Assembly (NCBI GenBank): GCA_963725665.1
Contig: CAVRZA010000004.1
Span: 480,001-544,000, forward strand
Origin: an uncultured Actinomycetes bacterium
GTDB taxonomy: Bacteria; Actinomycetota; Thermoleophilia; UBA2241
Reading direction: 5' to 3'
DNA length: 64,000 nt
The notes beneath the pieces were generated by a model, which was not told where the DNA came from, searched no databases, and saw only the letters and a program-made list of their open reading frames with translations. The position numbers and the translations under genes are program-made. Positions 59,238-64,000 of the stretch are shown in pieces; position 1 is the first letter of the stretch, and each line of letters begins with the position of its first letter.

Positions 59238-60478
59238 CGACGTATACGACCGCCTTCGTCGGCTGCAAAGTGAGCCAGGCCGACTGTGAGGCGGCCGCGA
59301 GCAGGCTCGCGGCCGCCGGTCTCGAGCCCGCACAGGGAGACGAGGCCGACGTCGCGCTCGTCATGAGCTGCTGTGTCACGGCGGAGGCCGAACGCAAGTC
59401 TCGTCGGCTGGCCCACCGCTTCGCGCGGCGAGGTGCGCGTGTCGTGGTCGCCGGCTGCGCCTCGCGACTACGTCCGGAGCAGTTCCGCTTTCCGGGGGTC
59501 ACCCCGCTCGACGAGCCGTCGGCAGACGGAGCGCTCGCGCGGGCCCGGACGGGCTACGAGCACGGCGGTGGCGAAGGCGAGCCGGCGCCGCGCCGCACAC
59601 GCCTTGTGCTCAAGATCCAGGACGGGTGCTCTCAGACGTGCAGCTACTGCGCCGTGCGCCTGGTCCGCGGCGCGCCGGTGAGCCTGCCGCTGACCGACGC
59701 GCTCGAGCAAGCCCGGCGTGGCGTGACGAACGGCTGCGGCGAGGTCGTCCTCACAGGTGTGGACCTGGGCGCCTATCGCGACGTGGCGAGCGGCGCCGAC
59801 CTCGCCGAGGCCGTCGCGGCGCTTTGCGCTCTTCCCGGCCTGCGCCGCGTACGCCTCTCGTCGCTCGAACCCGGCCATCTCACGCCGAGGCTCGTGGACG
59901 CTCTCGCCCACGAGCGCGTGGCGCGCCACCTGCACGTGCCGCTGCAGTCGGCGGACGACCGGGTGCTGGCCGACATGGCTCGCCCGGACGCGTTCGCCGA
60001 CTACCTGCGACTGATCGTGCGAGCGCGCGAGGCGCTCGGCGACGTCGCCGTGAGCACCGACGTCATCGTCGGCTACCCCACCGAGGGCGAGGAGGCGTTC
60101 GCACATACGCTGGCGGCGATCGACGGTCGGGGCGGACCAGGCGGCGGGGTCGGCCTCTTCGAACGCGTCCACGTCTTCCCATACTCACGTCGCCCAGGGA
60201 CGCCGGCCGAGGCGCTCGACGAGCTCGACCCGGCGGTGGTGAAGGAGCGCGTGGGCCGCGCGCTGGGCGTCGCGCGCGACGCCCAGCGCGCGGCCCACCG
60301 GCGCCGCCTCGGCCAAACGGCCGAGGTCCTTCTCGAGGAGCGCCGCGACGGCCTCTGGCGCGGGTACAGCTCGCACTACGTGCGTTACTACCTCGAGGGC
60401 GACGGCGCGCGCGGCGAGCTGGTGAGCGCGGTCGGCGACGAGGCGTTCGCCGACGGGCTCAAGGGCAGGATCGTGTGA
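59234..60478 (+). CDS. mtaB: Radical SAM methylthiotransferase, MtaB-like
   Basis: GCKVSQ, SCCVT, KIQDGCSQTCSYC, HLHVPLQS and HVFPYSRRPGT. Confidence 0.85.
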   Translation: MTTYTTAFVGCKVSQADCEAAASRLAAAGLEPAQGDEADVALVMSCCVTAEAERKSRRLAHRFARRGARVVVAGCASRLRPEQFRFPGVTPLDEPSADGALARARTGYEHGGGEGEPAPRRTRLVLKIQDGCSQTCSYCAVRLVRGAPVSLPLTDALEQARRGVTNGCGEVVLTGVDLGAYRDVASGADLAEAVAALCALPGLRRVRLSSLEPGHLTPRLVDALAHERVARHLHVPLQSADDRVLADMARPDAFADYLRLIVRAREALGDVAVSTDVIVGYPTEGEEAFAHTLAAIDGRGGPGGGVGLFERVHVFPYSRRPGTPAEALDELDPAVVKERVGRALGVARDAQRAAHRRRLGQTAEVLLEERRDGLWRGYSSHYVRYYLEGDGARGELVSAVGDEAFADGLKGRIV

Positions 60479-60557
60479 GCGCTCGCCTACGCCGCGCCGC
60501 CGCCGGCCCCCTGCGTTTGCGGAGAAGAACCTCGAAGCGGCACGAAGGAGGCGGGCG

Positions 60558-61031
60558 ATGAGCGCGCAGTACATGGGTCGGGGGGGCCTGATCGAGCGCC
60601 TCCAGGGCGAGGCCATGGCGGCGCTCAAGGGCGGCGACCGGCGCCGCGCCGAGGCGCTGCGCCTCATCGTCGCGGCCCTCAAGCACGAGCGCACGCAGGG
60701 CACGCGGCACGACCTCTCCGAGCAGGAGGAGCTCGCCGTGCTCAAACGCGAACGCAAGCGGCGGCGGGAGGCGGCCGAGGTCTACGAAGGGGCGGGGAGG
60801 GCCGAGCAGGCCGAGCAGGAGCGCTACGAGGAGGCCATCATCGAGTCCTACCTTCCGGAGGAGCTCTCCGACGAGGAGCTGACGCGGCTCGTCGACGAGG
60901 CCATCGCTAGCACCGGGGCTTCTTCGGTCAAGGAGATGGGCATGGTGATAGGCACGGTGATGAGGGCGGTCGCGGGACGCGCCGACGGCGGACGCGTGAG
61001 CGCCCTGGTGCGCGCTAAGCTTGGTGCGTAG
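60558..61031 (+). CDS. GatB/YqeY domain protein
   Basis: KRRREAAEVY, IESYLPEEL, KEMGMVIG and GRADG. Confidence 0.9.
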   Translation: MSAQYMGRGGLIERLQGEAMAALKGGDRRRAEALRLIVAALKHERTQGTRHDLSEQEELAVLKRERKRRREAAEVYEGAGRAEQAEQERYEEAIIESYLPEELSDEELTRLVDEAIASTGASSVKEMGMVIGTVMRAVAGRADGGRVSALVRAKLGA

Positions 61032-61109
61032 CTCGCAGGTCTGAATGCTTGAGAAGGAACGTGTGACGCGAACGAGAACCCTGCCTGAAGGAGGCGACGG
61101 ACACCGACG

Positions 61110-62078
61110 GTGAAGACCACGATCGATCTCGGCGACAACGCCACCGCGCTCGCGCTCGCCGGCGAGCACGACGCTCATCTGAGGGTCCTCGAGAAGGCGC
61201 TCGCCTGTGACCTGATCTTGCGTGGCAACCAGCTCATCCTCGACGGCGACGCCGGCGACGTCGAGAAGGCCGCCGGCGTCGTCGGTGAGCTCCTGCAGGT
61301 CATCGGCTCCGGCAGGCCGGTCAACGCCCCGATGGTCGAGTCGCTGGTCGACATCGCCGTGAGCGAGAACGGCCGCGCGGCCGAGGTCTACGGTGATGTC
61401 GTCTGGACCCACCGCGACCGCCAGATCGGACCGCGTACGAGCCACCAGAAGCGCTACGTCGACGCCATCCGCGCCAAGACGATCACCTTCGGCATCGGGC
61501 CCGCTGGTACCGGCAAGACTTACTTGGCTACGGCCATGGCCGTGGCTGCCCTCTTCTCGAAGCAGGTCGGCCGCATCATCCTCACGCGCCCGGCGGTCGA
61601 GGCGGGGGAGAGCCTCGGCTACCTGCCGGGCACCGTGCTGGAGAAGGTCGACCCGTACTTCAGGCCGCTCTACGACGCTCTCTACGACATGATGGACGCC
61701 GGGCGCCTGCAGAGCCTGATGGACAAGGGCGAGATCGAGATCGCCCCGCTGGCCTTCATGCGCGGGCGCACGCTCAACGACTCCTTCATCATCCTCGACG
61801 AGGCGCAGAACACGAGCCCCGAGCAGATGAAGATGTTCCTCACCCGGCTGGGCTTCGGCTCCAAGATGGTGGTCACCGGAGACATCACACAGATCGACCT
61901 GCCGGGCGGCCGCACCTCGGGCCTGGTGCTTGTCGGCGACGTGCTGAACGAGATCGGCGACATCGAGTTCGTGCGCTTCGACAGCCGCGACGTGGTGCGC
62001 CACAAGCTGGTACAGAGCATCGTGGCCGCCTACAAGGAGTACGGCGAGCGGCAGCAGGGCGGGGAGAACGGCCCGTGA
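61110..62078 (+). CDS. phoH: PhoH-like ATPase
   Basis: GPAGTGKT, LTRPAVEAGE, PLAFMRGRT, DEAQN and DVVRH. Confidence 0.95.
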   Translation: MKTTIDLGDNATALALAGEHDAHLRVLEKALACDLILRGNQLILDGDAGDVEKAAGVVGELLQVIGSGRPVNAPMVESLVDIAVSENGRAAEVYGDVVWTHRDRQIGPRTSHQKRYVDAIRAKTITFGIGPAGTGKTYLATAMAVAALFSKQVGRIILTRPAVEAGESLGYLPGTVLEKVDPYFRPLYDALYDMMDAGRLQSLMDKGEIEIAPLAFMRGRTLNDSFIILDEAQNTSPEQMKMFLTRLGFGSKMVVTGDITQIDLPGGRTSGLVLVGDVLNEIGDIEFVRFDSRDVVRHKLVQSIVAAYKEYGERQQGGENGP

Positions 62079-62097
62079 CCGGTCGAGCCGGCGGGAG

Positions 62098-62607
62098 ATG
62101 AGCGAAGCGCTGCAGATCGAGGTGCGCAACGACACGCGCTACAGCGTCGATACGGCGGCCGTGGCCGCCCTGGCGCGCGGCGTGCTGCGCGCCGAGGGTG
62201 TGACGGCCGCCGAGCTCGGCGTCGGCTTCGTCGGCGAGCTGCGCATGCGCTCCCTGAACCGGGTCCACCTGAGCTCCGACTACGTCACCGACGTCCTGGC
62301 CTTCCCGCTCGAAGGGCCAGACGAGAGCGCGGAGGGGGCCGCGGCCGGCCCGGGGACGAAGTCCGCCGGCCTCGAGGACGTCCCGAGGCTCCTCGGCGAT
62401 GTCGTGGTGTGCCTGAAGCGGGCTGAGCGGCAGGCCGCCGCAGCCGGCCTGCCGCTCAGCCTCGAGACGGCCGTCCTTCTGGTGCACGGCGTCCTGCACG
62501 TTCTCGGTCACGACCACGAGACCGACGCCGGCGAGATGGCGCTGCGCCAGGCCGAGATCCTCGGGTCGCTCGCCTGGGACGGCCTCGTGGCCGCGCCGCC
62601 GGCCTGA
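62098..62607 (+). CDS. ybeY: rRNA maturation endoribonuclease YbeY
   Basis: TDVLAFP, LGDVV and HGVLHVLGHDH. Confidence 0.94.
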   Translation: MSEALQIEVRNDTRYSVDTAAVAALARGVLRAEGVTAAELGVGFVGELRMRSLNRVHLSSDYVTDVLAFPLEGPDESAEGAAAGPGTKSAGLEDVPRLLGDVVVCLKRAERQAAAAGLPLSLETAVLLVHGVLHVLGHDHETDAGEMALRQAEILGSLAWDGLVAAPPA

Positions 62608-62621
62608 CGGCGGGTGCGAGG

Positions 62622-63347
62622 GTGCCCGACCGTCGCCAGCAGAGCCTGCTGCAGAGCTTCAACTACGCCTTCGACGGCATCGTCCTCGTGCTGCGTCAGC
62701 AGCGCAACATGCAGATCCACTTCGGGGTGGCCATCGGCGTCATCGTCGCCAGCTTCTTCTTCCAGCTCACCCGCCTCGAGCTGATCGCCCTCTTCACGGC
62801 CATCGCCTTCGTGCTCATCACGGAGATGCTGAACTCGGCCATCGAGCACGCCATCGACACCTTCTCCACGGACTACGACCCCTCGGCCAAGATCGCCAAG
62901 GACGTGGCCGCGGGAGCGGTGCTGATCGCCACCGTCAATGCTCTCGCCGTCGGCTACCTGATCTTCTATCAGCGCGTCGCCAGTACGCCGTACACCATCC
63001 TGCAGAGCGTGCGCCAGTCGCCCATCGACGTCACCGTCGTCGCCCTCGTCCTCGTCATCCTGCTCGTCATCGCCGTGAAGGCGCTCCTGGGCCGCGGCAC
63101 GGCGTTGCGCGGCGGTTTGCCCTCCGGCCACGCGGCCCTAGCCTTCGGCGGCTGGGTCGCGGTGACGTTCATCGCCACGGGGACGGCCTACGCGCTGCCC
63201 ATCTCGTTGATCGCCCTGGCCATGGCCGTTCTCACCGCGCAGAGCCGCGCGCAGGAGGGCGTCCACAGCCTGCTCGAGGTCGCCCTTGGAGCGATGCTCG
63301 GCATCGCCGTCGCGGTGCTCATCTTCAGGCTCTTCTACCGAGCATGA
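62622..63347 (+). CDS. dgkA: Diacylglycerol/undecaprenol kinase fused to a PAP2-like domain
   Basis: SFNYAFDGI, EMLNSAIE and AKDVAAGAV; C-terminal GLPSGHA and SR...HS..EV. Confidence 0.85.
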   Translation: MPDRRQQSLLQSFNYAFDGIVLVLRQQRNMQIHFGVAIGVIVASFFFQLTRLELIALFTAIAFVLITEMLNSAIEHAIDTFSTDYDPSAKIAKDVAAGAVLIATVNALAVGYLIFYQRVASTPYTILQSVRQSPIDVTVVALVLVILLVIAVKALLGRGTALRGGLPSGHAALAFGGWVAVTFIATGTAYALPISLIALAMAVLTAQSRAQEGVHSLLEVALGAMLGIAVAVLIFRLFYRA

Positions 63348-63850
63348 ACGAGGGCAGGAGAAACCCACGGGGACGGCCGCCGACCGCGGCCGAGCAGCAG
63401 CTTTTCGGCGAGGCCGAGTCCGTCGCGGCCAACGCCTACGCGCCGTACTCCGGCTACAAGGTGGGTGCGGCCGCGACGGGGCCTGTCGGCCGCCCCCACC
63501 TCGGCGTCAACGTCGAGAACGCGTCGTTTCCCACCGGCCTCTGCGCGGAGCGCGTCGCCCTGGGCGCCGCAGTGGTCGCCGGCGAGCGCGCTCTCACGGC
63601 CGTCGCTGTGGCGACGGCCGACGGGCGCGACGCCGTCCCCTGCGGCGCCTGCCTGCAGGCCCTGGCCGAGCTCGGCGACCCCGATGTCGTCTTTCGTCTC
63701 GGCGGGGAGCTGGGCGTGCTCGCCCTGCACGAGCTGCTCACGTCGCCGTTCGCAGCGCTCGCGCCGGCCGACGCCGTCGCCGACCGGCACTCGCCAGAAC
63801 GCCCCGCCGCCGGTGAGGGCGCGCCGCCGCGATCGGGAGACGAGGAGTGA
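63344..63850 (+). CDS. cdd: Cytidine deaminase
   Basis: [20 protein letters not shown] and PCGAC. Confidence 0.92.
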   Translation: MNEGRRNPRGRPPTAAEQQLFGEAESVAANAYAPYSGYKVGAAATGPVGRPHLGVNVENASFPTGLCAERVALGAAVVAGERALTAVAVATADGRDAVPCGACLQALAELGDPDVVFRLGGELGVLALHELLTSPFAALAPADAVADRHSPERPAAGEGAPPRSGDEE

Positions 63851-64000
63851 GCGAGGAGGCCGCAGCCGCCTTCCGCTCCGGCTTCGTCGCCGTGCTGGGG
63901 CGCCCCAACGTGGGCAAGTCCACCATCGTCAACCGACTCGTGGGGCACAAGGTCAGCATCGTGTCCGATCATCCGCAAACGACACGCCGCCGCATCAGCG
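63847..64000 (+). CDS. era: GTPase Era (N-terminal part; runs off the window)
   Basis: [39 protein letters not shown]; GTGA overlap with cdd. Confidence 0.93.
   Translation, partial: MSEEAAAAFRSGFVAVLGRPNVGKSTIVNRLVGHKVSIVSDHPQTTRRRIS

Noticed and set aside
62622-63347. DgkA-PAP2 fusion as a novelty
   Set aside because: This fusion in the ybeY-dgkA-cdd-era context is already known from Clostridia-like genomes.

Overview
High-GC bacterial chromosome segment. Gene content and order suggest a deep-branching Actinomycetota such as Thermoleophilia (inference). Most of the window is housekeeping: the dcw division/cell-wall cluster (mraZ-rsmH-ftsL-ftsI-murE-murF-mraY-murD-ftsW-murG-murC-ftsQ-ftsZ), secD-secF, tRNA-Ala(GGC), leuS, and the comEA-comEC-holA-rpsT-murJ-lepA-hemW-hrcA-dnaJ-prmA-mtaB-yqeY-phoH-ybeY-dgkA-cdd-era run. 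About ten reading-frame breaks, mostly single extra bases, interrupt eight genes (ftsL, ftsI, murF, ftsQ, ftsZ, leuS, comEC and one orphan) and look like assembly errors. Four accessory modules stand out. (1) An atypical ClpA/C-type ATPase followed on the same strand by a degenerate-FHA/zinc-ribbon protein, a YbjN/T3SS-chaperone-like protein and an MGLD...WW orphan, facing a membrane-anchored beta-propeller gene; this is the best candidate for an undescribed system. (2) A STAS, double zinc-finger, phasin-like operon facing a second STAS gene. (3) An orphan peptide-binding lipoprotein, an ECF sigma, a large anti-sigma with LolA-like and two SnoaL-like domains, and a Trp-rich secreted protein. 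(4) A YxlEFG-like ABC module. Smaller signals include (E/D)RR repeats on the FtsW N-terminus, a recurring intergenic AAA(G/C)C(C/T)CTGCA motif, uORFs overlapping the secD and lepA starts, and low-complexity insertions in core enzymes. No CRISPR array, integrase, transposase or rRNA was seen. All domain calls are from motif recognition by eye; no searches were run.
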